Positions 1-7,765 of a stretch of 64,000 nucleotides of DNA are shown here, in pieces (within the stretch, counting starts at the first letter, position 1; each line of letters opens with the position of its first letter). The notes under the pieces are model-generated. The model was not told where the DNA came from. It did not search any database and saw nothing but the letters and a program-made list of their open reading frames with translations. A program made the translations under genes and the position numbers. The stretch lies in IMG/VR virus record IMGVR_UViG_3300037067_013676, positions 1 through 64,000 of that record. The stretch is one strand, 5' to 3'. The DNA comes from a virus. Its lineage: Duplodnaviria > Caudoviricetes.

Positions 1-78
1 GATATTAGTGATATTGGTAATATTGACACCTCACTTTGTCTTACAATTTCTAAATATCTGTCTTATGACCTTGATAAT

Positions 79-345
79 TTGCCTTTTCTTAAAAAAATAG
101 TTCTTTATATTTTCAATATAAGTGCAAACAACTACTTATATCTTTTATGGTTGGGAGTTCCTAAAAAAGCTAAAGTTCCATTTTTAAGAAAAATTGATAA
201 AATAGAACCAAAAAAAGATAAACTCTATGAAGAAATACAATCAGTGTTAGAATGGAGTCAAAGAGAATTGGACTTTAATAAAGGAATTTTAGATAGGGTT
301 ATATCCAAAAATAGAAAGTTTTGGGAAAAAGAATTGGGGATCTAA
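79..345 (+). CDS. hypothetical protein
   Basis: 88-aa ORF on the coding strand; no motif recognised. Confidence 0.45.
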   Translation: MPFLKKIVLYIFNISANNYLYLLWLGVPKKAKVPFLRKIDKIEPKKDKLYEEIQSVLEWSQRELDFNKGILDRVISKNRKFWEKELGI

Positions 346-470
346 AAAATGCAAAAAACTTATTACTCATGTGATAACTGTGGTTGTAAAAGATTAACTT
401 TTTGTAAATGTCAAAAACCAAATCCTAAATCACAAACACAAAAGAAAAAGAAACGTAGATTGGGAATCCA

Positions 471-956
471 ATGAAAAAACTAAAAATACAGATGGCAGGA
501 CATTCAGATGAGTTTCAAACGCCTAAAATCGCTTTTGACATTATAAAACCATATATCCCTAAAGATAAAACAATATGGGAAAGTGCTTTTGGTAAAGGTA
601 GTTTGGCTAAGATTATGTCTGATGAAGGATATAAAGTGGTTAGTTCCACTGATTTTTTTAATGACTACCCAGAATATGATATAATTGTTACGAACCCTCC
701 CTATAGTATTAAAGAAGAATGGTTAGAAAGATGTTATTCTTTGGGTAAGCCTTTCGCCTTATTGATGCCATTAACAGCTTTGGAAGGAAAAACAAGAAAT
801 GCTTTATATAGAAAATATGGAATTCAATTATTAATACCCAATAAACGTATAAATTTTATAACTCCTTCTGGTAAAGGCAGTGGTTCATGGTTCGCAGTGT
901 GCTGGTTTTGCTGGAAACTAAATTTACCTAAAGATTTAATGTTCGTAGAGATGTAG
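471..956 (+). CDS. small phage N6-adenine DNA methyltransferase
   Basis: SDEFQTP, WESAFGKGSL (SAM-binding) and IVTNPPYS (catalytic NPPY) motifs. Confidence 0.75.
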   Translation: MKKLKIQMAGHSDEFQTPKIAFDIIKPYIPKDKTIWESAFGKGSLAKIMSDEGYKVVSSTDFFNDYPEYDIIVTNPPYSIKEEWLERCYSLGKPFALLMPLTALEGKTRNALYRKYGIQLLIPNKRINFITPSGKGSGSWFAVCWFCWKLNLPKDLMFVEM

Positions 957-990
957 TTTATGATGTTACAAACACAATCAACAATTGAAA

Positions 991-1320
991 TTAAAGCGGG
1001 GGCTACAACCACGCACAACGTTGTCCCCAGAATCCCTTTGGTAGCCAGTTCTGCTAAAGTGGAAAGTGTCTTAAAGACGCAATAATACCTACAACACACA
1101 AGACCTGTAGGTGAACATCTTTGCTGAACTGGGGTGCCTATCTCATTATACGAAAGGCAGAACTAGTAATAATAGCTTTAATTATAAATTGTGATCATCT
1201 TTATGTACTCCTCTAGCTTTCTTTCTAAAGAATGACTAAAAGGGTGCATCTATTTCCGAAGGCAGTATATTATAGGGTTTTTAAAAAATGTTTATATAAG
1301 CACGCCTTAAAGCGGGCAGA
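991..1320 (+). ncRNA. candidate structured non-coding RNA (element R1)
   Basis: Intergenic; 991-1170 counted at 45% GC. Stems: 1001-06/1051-56, 1055-69/1119-32, 1087-93/1106-12, 1135-39/1155-59, alternative 1057-64/1157-64. Confidence 0.45.
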
Positions 1321-1328
1321 AAAGAAAT

Positions 1329-2267
1329 ATGAAAACTATTCCTTCTTACACAAAAATACTTACTTTAGGTTCAAGGTACACTGAAAATGCTTTAGTTGGT
1401 GAAGTGATTATTCAAGAAAAAATTGATGGCAGTCAATTTAAAATGGGTTTAAATGATGATGGCAAACTAAAAATAGGAACTAAATCTACTATTATAGATC
1501 ATCCAGATGAGAATAAGATGTTTAAAAAAGGAACTGAATATATACTTTCTATTGAAAGTGAAATACAAAAGTTTCCAATAGATACTTACTTCTACTGTGA
1601 ATTTCTTCAAAAGCCAAATCATAATGTGCTTAAATATGAAAAGGTTCCTTTAAACAATATAGTGTTATTTGATGTGTTATATCAAGGAAAGTTTGTAGAA
1701 AGAACACAATTAGAAGATATAGCTGGTAGATTAAGTATTGATGTAGTGCCTGAGTTATATAGAGGAACTTTAAAAGATAGAGCTGTTGGTGGTGGTTACA
1801 CAAACCCATTAGATTTCTTAAAAAGAATAATAGAAACCACTCCAAGCTTCTTAGGTAATGAATTAATAGAAGGGGTAGTGATTAAGAACTATACCCAAAC
1901 AATATTGTTAGGAGGCAATGTATTTCCACTTTTTACTAAATATGTAAGAGAATCTTATAAAGAAAGACATGAAGTAGAATGGAAAATTAAAAAGCCAAAA
2001 GCTTCTTTACAAGAATATATTCAAGGATTTAAGAATGAAAACAGATGGATCAAAGCTATACTCCATTTAAAAGAATGTGGATTAATAACACAAAGTCCTA
2101 AAGACATTGGTATTTTAATTGAAGAAGTAAAGGATGATATAATGAAAGAAGAGGAAGAAAATATCAAAAACTACTTATTTAAGACTTTTAAGGAAGATAT
2201 ACTAAGAAACAGCATCAAAGGTCTGCCAGGGTGGTACAAAGAAAGACTTTTGGAGAATGTTAAATGA
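1329..2267 (+). CDS. RNA ligase, Rnl2-like nucleotidyltransferase
   Basis: EKIDGSQF (motif I KxDG), FYCEF, VLFDV, EGVVIK, FTKYV motifs. Confidence 0.8.
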   Translation: MKTIPSYTKILTLGSRYTENALVGEVIIQEKIDGSQFKMGLNDDGKLKIGTKSTIIDHPDENKMFKKGTEYILSIESEIQKFPIDTYFYCEFLQKPNHNVLKYEKVPLNNIVLFDVLYQGKFVERTQLEDIAGRLSIDVVPELYRGTLKDRAVGGGYTNPLDFLKRIIETTPSFLGNELIEGVVIKNYTQTILLGGNVFPLFTKYVRESYKERHEVEWKIKKPKASLQEYIQGFKNENRWIKAILHLKECGLITQSPKDIGILIEEVKDDIMKEEEENIKNYLFKTFKEDILRNSIKGLPGWYKERLLENVK

Positions 2268-2467
2268 TAGAAAAATGCCCAGGACAAGATAAAAGAAATT
2301 TAAAAACAGAAGATATTAGATGTTCTTGTGGTTGCTATATAGAAATCTTTTCTGATGAACATAAAAGAAAATGCTTTAAATGTGGTAAAATAGTTGAACG
2401 TAAAAGGAGACAAACTTGTTTAGATTGGTGTAAATATGCTAAAAAATGTCAAGAAAAACAGTTATAA
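2264..2467 (+). CDS. Cys-rich zinc-ribbon protein
   Basis: CPGQD...CSCG...CFKCG...CLDWCKYAKKC pattern. Confidence 0.6.
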   Translation: MIEKCPGQDKRNLKTEDIRCSCGCYIEIFSDEHKRKCFKCGKIVERKRRQTCLDWCKYAKKCQEKQL

Positions 2468-2708
2468 ATTTTTTCAACATCGTGAATGCCCATTTTGGAT
2501 GTGTCATAAAGGCATTAAAGAAAAGGACTTTAATTGTTTGTGGTGTTATTGTGTTTTATATGATAAGATTACTAATATCCAAGTAGTTGGGGAAGAAATA
2601 TTGGTTAAAAGAGGTTGTGGTAAAAATTATTGTGAAAAGTGTATATTTCCTCACAAAAGAGAAAACTACGATAAGATTATTAAACTACTTAAAAAATCTA
2701 CTCTATGA
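2436..2708 (+). CDS. cysteine-rich small domain (zf-like) protein
   Basis: YKFFQHRECPFWMCHKG...FNCLWCYCVLY...CEKCIFPH, typical of the cysteine-rich small domain family. Confidence 0.6.
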   Translation: MLKNVKKNSYKFFQHRECPFWMCHKGIKEKDFNCLWCYCVLYDKITNIQVVGEEILVKRGCGKNYCEKCIFPHKRENYDKIIKLLKKSTL

Positions 2709-3112
2709 CTAAAAAAGAAATAATTCGGCAAGTTCACGAAATAAATTGCTATTATGCTTCTAAGGGTTTTACTAAAAACTACTCTAAGACTTGGTTTTCT
2801 CATAAATATAATTGTAATATGCTTTTAGTAGCTTATGATTCTACTTTAGAGAATATCTTAGGATTTGTTTGCGCCCATAAAATGAAGGATATGCCCAACC
2901 ACATCAATCTTGTAATACTATGTGTACAAAAAGACCATCTAAGAAAAGGTGTGGGAACCCAACTTATAAATCAGTTTAAAGAACACTTCAAGAACAAGAT
3001 TATAGCTTTAAATGTAAATAAAAAGAATCTAAACGCAATATTCTTCTATGAATCTTATGGATTCCAAAAATTAAAGGAATATGAAGAAAGTTTAGTTTTG
3101 ATCAAAAAGTAG
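2705..3112 (+). CDS. GNAT acetyltransferase (RimI-like)
   Basis: LCVQKDHLRKGVGTQL acetyl-CoA motif and NLNAIFFYESYGF. Confidence 0.8.
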   Translation: MTKKEIIRQVHEINCYYASKGFTKNYSKTWFSHKYNCNMLLVAYDSTLENILGFVCAHKMKDMPNHINLVILCVQKDHLRKGVGTQLINQFKEHFKNKIIALNVNKKNLNAIFFYESYGFQKLKEYEESLVLIKK

Positions 3113-3127
3113 ATAGGATGCGACCCT

Positions 3128-3202
3128 ACAATACCTCTAATTTCAACATAGATACCCATTAGAGGGGAGATTTACTTAAAATAGAGATAATCTACCCTTT
3201 GA
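3128..3202 (+). repeat. intergenic element with ~21-bp periodic TACC motif, copy 1
   Basis: TACC/TACT at 3132, 3153, 3173, 3193; 49/75 ungapped identity (25/30 in the first 30 nt) to the reverse complement of 16496-16570. Confidence 0.45.
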
Positions 3203-3239
3203 AGAAAAACCCTCTTAAATCGGTTAATTTGACTAAAAT

Positions 3240-3527
3240 ATGACATTAGACAAAAATTCAGAACTTTTATGTTTTTCAACCTTTAGTGGAATTGGCGGAT
3301 TTGAAAAAGCAATTCAAATGGAAGATTATATAGTTAGAAAATTAACCCCAATAGAATGCGAACGATTACAATGTTTTCCAGATAATTGGACGGAATCTAT
3401 TTCAAACAGCCAACGTTACAAATGTATTGGTAACGCAGTTAATGTAGAAGTAGTTAAACATATTTTAACTGAAATGTTAAAAAATAAACCGCCAACTTTT
3501 CATTTAAAAGAAAGTTTCTTATTTTAG
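3240..3527 (+). pseudogene. internally deleted C5-cytosine DNA methyltransferase (motif I joined to motifs IX-X)
   Basis: FSTFSGIGGFE is followed within ~10 aa by RKLTPIECERLQCFPDNWT...RYKCIGNAV; no PC catalytic motif or target recognition domain. Confidence 0.65.
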
Positions 3528-3676
3528 GAGATTAATATGAAGAAATATGAAGTAGAAAAAGTTATTAAAGCTTATTGTAAAGTTCTAAATCCATTTTTCA
3601 AGCAACTTGACCTTGACCCAAAAGAATTTACTACTGAAGAACTAATAGATAAAACTCTTAAAAAGGTAAATAAAAA

Positions 3677-4339
3677 ATGAGCGATATAAAACTATATAAT
3701 ATGGATTGTTTGGAAATACTTAAATCTATGCCAGATAAAAGTATAGATTTATGTCTAACAGATCCTCCATACGGAATTGATGTAATTAAAAAAACATTTA
3801 ATCATAAAAATAGTAAACCTGGCAAATGTTTAGCTCACAAAACTTATTGGCAAGATGAGGAATGGGATAAAAAACCAATAACAGAAGAATATATTAGAGA
3901 AATGTTGAGAGTAAGTAAATTTCAAATAATATGGGGCGGACAATACTATCTAAATATCTTAGGAAATTGTAGAGGATTTTTAATATGGGATAAGAAGAAT
4001 GATGGATGTGATCAAGCAAGTTGTGAAATGGCATGGAACAATTTAGGAACTTCAAATAGAGTTTTTAGGCATTTGTGGAGAGGTATGTTACAAGAAGATA
4101 TGTCTAATAAAGAATTTAAGTGGCATCCTACAATGAAACCCCTAAATTTAATGAAATGGTGTATAGATAAATGTCCAGAAATTAAAACCATTTTTGATCC
4201 TTTTATGGGAAGTGGAACCACTGGTGTTGCATGTGTTGAATTGAGAAAGGATTTTATTGGAATAGAAATTAGTCCAAAATACTTTGAAATAGCTAAAAAA
4301 AGAATAAATGAAGTTAGTACACAAACTTCTTTAATATGA
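3677..4339 (+). CDS. N4-cytosine/N6-adenine DNA methyltransferase, beta class
   Basis: TDPPYG, HPTMKP, DPFMGSGTTG, IGIEI motifs. Confidence 0.9.
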   Translation: MSDIKLYNMDCLEILKSMPDKSIDLCLTDPPYGIDVIKKTFNHKNSKPGKCLAHKTYWQDEEWDKKPITEEYIREMLRVSKFQIIWGGQYYLNILGNCRGFLIWDKKNDGCDQASCEMAWNNLGTSNRVFRHLWRGMLQEDMSNKEFKWHPTMKPLNLMKWCIDKCPEIKTIFDPFMGSGTTGVACVELRKDFIGIEISPKYFEIAKKRINEVSTQTSLI

Positions 4340-5007
4340 TAATATCAGAAAATCCTAAAATAGATTTGTATAACGCCGACTGCTTGAATATCTTAAAGGA
4401 TGTTAAAGACAAGTCTATTGATTTAATAGCAAGTGATCCACCTTATGGCGTAAGAAAACTTGAGGAATGGGATGATAAAGAACACTTTCTAAAAACTATA
4501 GATATATGGTTAAATGAATGTTTGAGAGTAAGTAAGACTGTAATATGGTTTTGCGCCGGTAAAATGTTACCATATATTCTAAAAGGTAGAGAAGATGTGT
4601 TTCACCGTATCTTAACTTTCGAAAAGCCAAGTGGTAGCCAATTTGCAGGTGCAATGCACAGTAATATCTGGTATTCTATTGAACCAATATTGGTTTTTGG
4701 GGAAATTCCTAAAACGAATAAGAAAAAAAGATATGGGTTTGCCAACTTTTCTTATAGAACAGTGCCACATAAAACATTTTCGCACCCTACTACGAAGCCC
4801 TTGGAGTTAATGAAAGATTTAGTATATTTTTATTCTAATGAAGGAGATTTAGTTTGTGATCCTTTTATGGGTAGTGGTACAAGCGGTGTTGCTTGTAAAG
4901 AATTAAATAGAAACTTCATTGGAATTGAAAAAGATAAGACTTATTTTGAAACCGCTACAAAACGAATAAATCAAGCTCAACTTCAAATTTTTAATTCGCT
5001 TTTCTAA
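4336..5007 (+). CDS. N4-cytosine/N6-adenine DNA methyltransferase, beta class
   Basis: SDPPYG, HPTTKP, DPFMGSGTSG, IGIEKD motifs. Confidence 0.9.
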   Translation: MIISENPKIDLYNADCLNILKDVKDKSIDLIASDPPYGVRKLEEWDDKEHFLKTIDIWLNECLRVSKTVIWFCAGKMLPYILKGREDVFHRILTFEKPSGSQFAGAMHSNIWYSIEPILVFGEIPKTNKKKRYGFANFSYRTVPHKTFSHPTTKPLELMKDLVYFYSNEGDLVCDPFMGSGTSGVACKELNRNFIGIEKDKTYFETATKRINQAQLQIFNSLF

Positions 5008-5038
5008 TCATTAGCTAAATAAATAAAATAAAGTTGTG

Positions 5039-5067
5039 TTGCATTTTAGAACATATGGGTATATTAT
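5039..5067 (+). promoter_or_regulatory. sigma70-like promoter
   Basis: TTGCAT (5039-44), 17 bp, TATTAT (5062-67); A-rich UP-like tract upstream, AAGGAG SD before 5098. Confidence 0.5.
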
Positions 5068-5097
5068 ATTAATGAGAGCTAAAGGAGAGAAAGAGTT

Positions 5098-5424
5098 ATG
5101 GGGAATAAAGAAATCTGTAAGTTTTGTAAGAAAGAAATTCAAAAACCAAGTGAAATAAAAATAATTTATAAGATTGTTGTGAACACAGAGTCACAAATAT
5201 ACCTTTTTCCGATGCAAGATATACTCAAATCTTTAAATATTTTCTGTATGAATCATGGTTTACATTTAAGTTCCTCACAAATACTACTACTTAGACCAGA
5301 TATATTTGAGGAATTCTTAAAAGAAAAGATGGCACCGGAAGAAGTAGAGATGTATTTTTTAATGGAAAATGAATGCTGTAGTAAGTGCTGGACTAAATAT
5401 ATTGAAACAGTTCCACTAAAATAA
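5098..5424 (+). CDS. hypothetical protein with terminal CxxC pairs
   Basis: CKFC and CSKC; SD present. Confidence 0.55.
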   Translation: MGNKEICKFCKKEIQKPSEIKIIYKIVVNTESQIYLFPMQDILKSLNIFCMNHGLHLSSSQILLLRPDIFEEFLKEKMAPEEVEMYFLMENECCSKCWTKYIETVPLK

Positions 5425-5432
5425 GGAGAAGT

Positions 5433-5744
5433 ATGAAATCTGAAGAACTGTATAGTTTAATTGAAAAAGATATATTACCACAGTGTTTTGAGATTATGAA
5501 AACAAAAGGCGAATCCTACAGTGGTTTAGAGGATAAGTTGGGGAATTTTAAGAGGATTGCTAAAACTCTAAATTTATCAGTGGAACAAGTCTGGTATGTA
5601 TACTTCGCAAAACATATGGATGCATTACAATCTTATTTACGTGGAGAATATAAAGATAGTGAAAAAATACAGGGAAGAATCCAAGATTTAATCAATTATT
5701 TATTCTTATTAACTGGTATACTAAAGGAACAAAACAAAATATAG
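5433..5744 (+). CDS. all-helical nucleotide pyrophosphohydrolase-like protein (DUF1599/nucleotide-modification-associated type)
   Basis: KGESYS...GNFKRIA...KHMDAL...GRIQDLINYLFLL pattern. Confidence 0.45.
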   Translation: MKSEELYSLIEKDILPQCFEIMKTKGESYSGLEDKLGNFKRIAKTLNLSVEQVWYVYFAKHMDALQSYLRGEYKDSEKIQGRIQDLINYLFLLTGILKEQNKI

Positions 5745-5752
5745 GAGGAAGC

Positions 5753-5995
5753 ATGTTTGAATTTGGTAGTGAAGTAAAAGATAAAATAACGGGGTTTAAG
5801 GGGATAGTTACTGGAAAGTGTAATTATATAAGTGGGTGCGAACAATATTTAGTTCAACCAAAAGGAAAAACGAGTGATAAGAAACCAGATGCTATTTGGT
5901 TTGATATTGACAGATTAGAATTAGTTAGTAAAAAAGTTATTTCTATTAAAGAAAATATTCATAACGGTTCAGATATGGAAGCACCTACAAAATAA
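5753..5995 (+). CDS. conserved phage hypothetical protein
   Basis: G-x-EVKDKITGFKGIVTG...GCEQYLVQP...WFD pattern common in phages; SD AGGAGG. Confidence 0.6.
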   Translation: MFEFGSEVKDKITGFKGIVTGKCNYISGCEQYLVQPKGKTSDKKPDAIWFDIDRLELVSKKVISIKENIHNGSDMEAPTK

Positions 5996-6013
5996 GAAAG
6001 GAAATTTTAAAAA

Positions 6014-6508
6014 ATGAGTAAAATTTTAGCGGTTAGTTCTAAGGGTAATATGCTTAAGATTGAAGATACAAAAGAAGCTAAAGGTTATGTATGGTATTTT
6101 TTAAGTGATGAGGTTCAGAAGTATGCTTCTTCTATTGGTATTAAGGCTGGTGATTCAGTAGAGTTTAAGGCTGAAGAAATACGAGGCGAAGATACTATTA
6201 TCTTTCTTAAAAAAGAGGGCGGGGCTGCATCTGAATTTAAATGTGAAAAATGTGGAGCAACACTTAAAGATGGGCGATTTAAAACTTGTTACAATTGTAA
6301 TGAAAAAGCAAAAATAAGTGGGGAAAAAAATACTTTTTATGATAATCCAGAAAGAGTGGCACAAATTCAAAGAGGAAATGCTCTTAATGCGGCAGCGGCT
6401 GTAGCAAGTAGTCAAGAATTTTCAACTCCAGAAGAAGCAAAAAAATATACCGCTATTTTAGCAGATGCTTTTTTAAATTGGTTGCGAAGTGAATCAAATG
6501 CAAGATAA
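6014..6508 (+). CDS. putative single-stranded DNA-binding protein with zinc ribbon
   Basis: OB-fold-like N-terminus, CEKC/CYNC ribbon, IQRGNALNAA helix; replication-gene context. Confidence 0.4.
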   Translation: MSKILAVSSKGNMLKIEDTKEAKGYVWYFLSDEVQKYASSIGIKAGDSVEFKAEEIRGEDTIIFLKKEGGAASEFKCEKCGATLKDGRFKTCYNCNEKAKISGEKNTFYDNPERVAQIQRGNALNAAAAVASSQEFSTPEEAKKYTAILADAFLNWLRSESNAR

Positions 6509-7187
6509 AAGAATAGTTCTTGATAAATGGGAAATAAACAAAGGAAAAGTTGGACAACATGGTTGGATGTATTTAATGCAATGTCCTACTTGTCGTAAAA
6601 TTTTTGAATTATATGGATTTCAATATAATCGAAATATAACATATTGTTCACATAAATGTTGGGGAAAAACAATAAAGCATAAAAAATTTTCTAAACAACA
6701 TAGGACAAAAATAAGTAAGAAACTAAAGGGGAAAAGTAAATCACAAAAACACAAAAAGCAATTAAGTCTTGTTCATAAAGGAAAACATCAAACAAAAGAA
6801 ACTAGACAAAAAATTTCAATGTCTCTCCAGAATATTTCAAATGTTCAATGGAAAGGATTTATTACTCCATTAACAACATTAATACGAGGTTCCGTAGAAT
6901 CAATTCGTTGGAGAAATACGGTTTTTAAAAGAGACAATTATACTTGCCAAGAATGTGGTGATAATAAGGGTGGAAACTTAGAAGCACATCACAATATTAA
7001 ACCATTTTCAATTGTTTTTCAAGAATTTTTAAATATATATTCACAATTTAGCCCCATAGAAGATAAAGAAACTTTACTTAGACTTGCCACTACATATGAA
7101 CCATTTTGGGAGATAAATAATGGCATTACTTTATGTGAAGAATGTCATAAACTAAAATTATTTATAAAAAGCGATAAAGTTAATTGA
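6489..7187 (+). CDS. HNH homing endonuclease with NUMOD3-like repeats
   Basis: H-x-K-x-T-R-x-KIS repeats; VFKRDNYTCQECG...LEAHH...NGITLCEECH. Confidence 0.85.
   Translation: MNQMQDKRIVLDKWEINKGKVGQHGWMYLMQCPTCRKIFELYGFQYNRNITYCSHKCWGKTIKHKKFSKQHRTKISKKLKGKSKSQKHKKQLSLVHKGKHQTKETRQKISMSLQNISNVQWKGFITPLTTLIRGSVESIRWRNTVFKRDNYTCQECGDNKGGNLEAHHNIKPFSIVFQEFLNIYSQFSPIEDKETLLRLATTYEPFWEINNGITLCEECHKLKLFIKSDKVN
7037..7111 (+). repeat. 75-bp block identical to 49684-49758 (inverted)
   Basis: Base-by-base comparison 75/75; encodes YSQFSPIEDKETLLRLATTYEPFW. Confidence 0.9.
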
Positions 7188-7391
7188 AAGTCTTTATGAT
7201 AGACTTTCTAAAAAGTTTAATTCTTAAATAATGTAGATGGCTGAGTAAATGTGGAAGCCTGAGAGTAGTACTCTCACTTATCCAAAGATCATTCTGGCTA
7301 ATCTGTATTTGGCTGGTGCGATACAGTGAGAATGAAGCCACTTGTTTTGAGTGACAACCGCAACCAGACTCTCAAAACTACTCAGTCATCT
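7186..7391 (+). ncRNA. candidate structured RNA (element R2)
   Basis: Hairpin 7186-93/7201-08; 13-bp closing stem 7235-47/7379-91; internal stems GTGG/CCAC, TGAGAGT/ACTCTCA, TCATTC/GAATGA, CTGTAT/ATACAG, TTTTGAG/CTCAAAA. Confidence 0.55.
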
Positions 7392-7410
7392 CTTAAAATC
7401 AAAGGAAAAT

Positions 7411-7608
7411 ATGATAAGAAAAGGTAAGTATGCTGTTGATAAAGTGAGTTATCCTGATGGTATTGGATGTTGTTTGTGGTATATTATAGATGAAAAGAAT
7501 CCTGATACTGGATTATGCTGGGATTTTTCATTTAAAGATTTGGACACAATTCTGGAACTTCTAACCCAATTAAAAACTGCCAAGCCAATAATATATAAAG
7601 AAAAATGA
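7411..7608 (+). CDS. hypothetical protein
   Basis: ATG 7411 with AAAGGA SD is preferred over the track start 7351, which lies inside R2. Confidence 0.55.
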   Translation: MIRKGKYAVDKVSYPDGIGCCLWYIIDEKNPDTGLCWDFSFKDLDTILELLTQLKTAKPIIYKEK

Positions 7609-7765
7609 AACAACTTAATGAAGATACAGTAAAAAAAGAACTTATAAAAATAATTAAAAACTCTACATTAGAAACTATAGATGTAGAACCAAGATATTTA
7701 GACTGGTATAATGATAAAAAAGTATTTATTGGTAATATTATAACAATAAGGACTAAAAAATAATT

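Noticed and set aside
991-1320. RNase P RNA, tmRNA, tRNA or group I intron identity for R1
   Set aside because: GTGGAAAGTG resembles RNase P CR-I, but the P2/P4 topology does not fit. No T-loop/CCA, tmRNA ends, or P7 GACUA/UAGUC pair; the element is not inside a gene.
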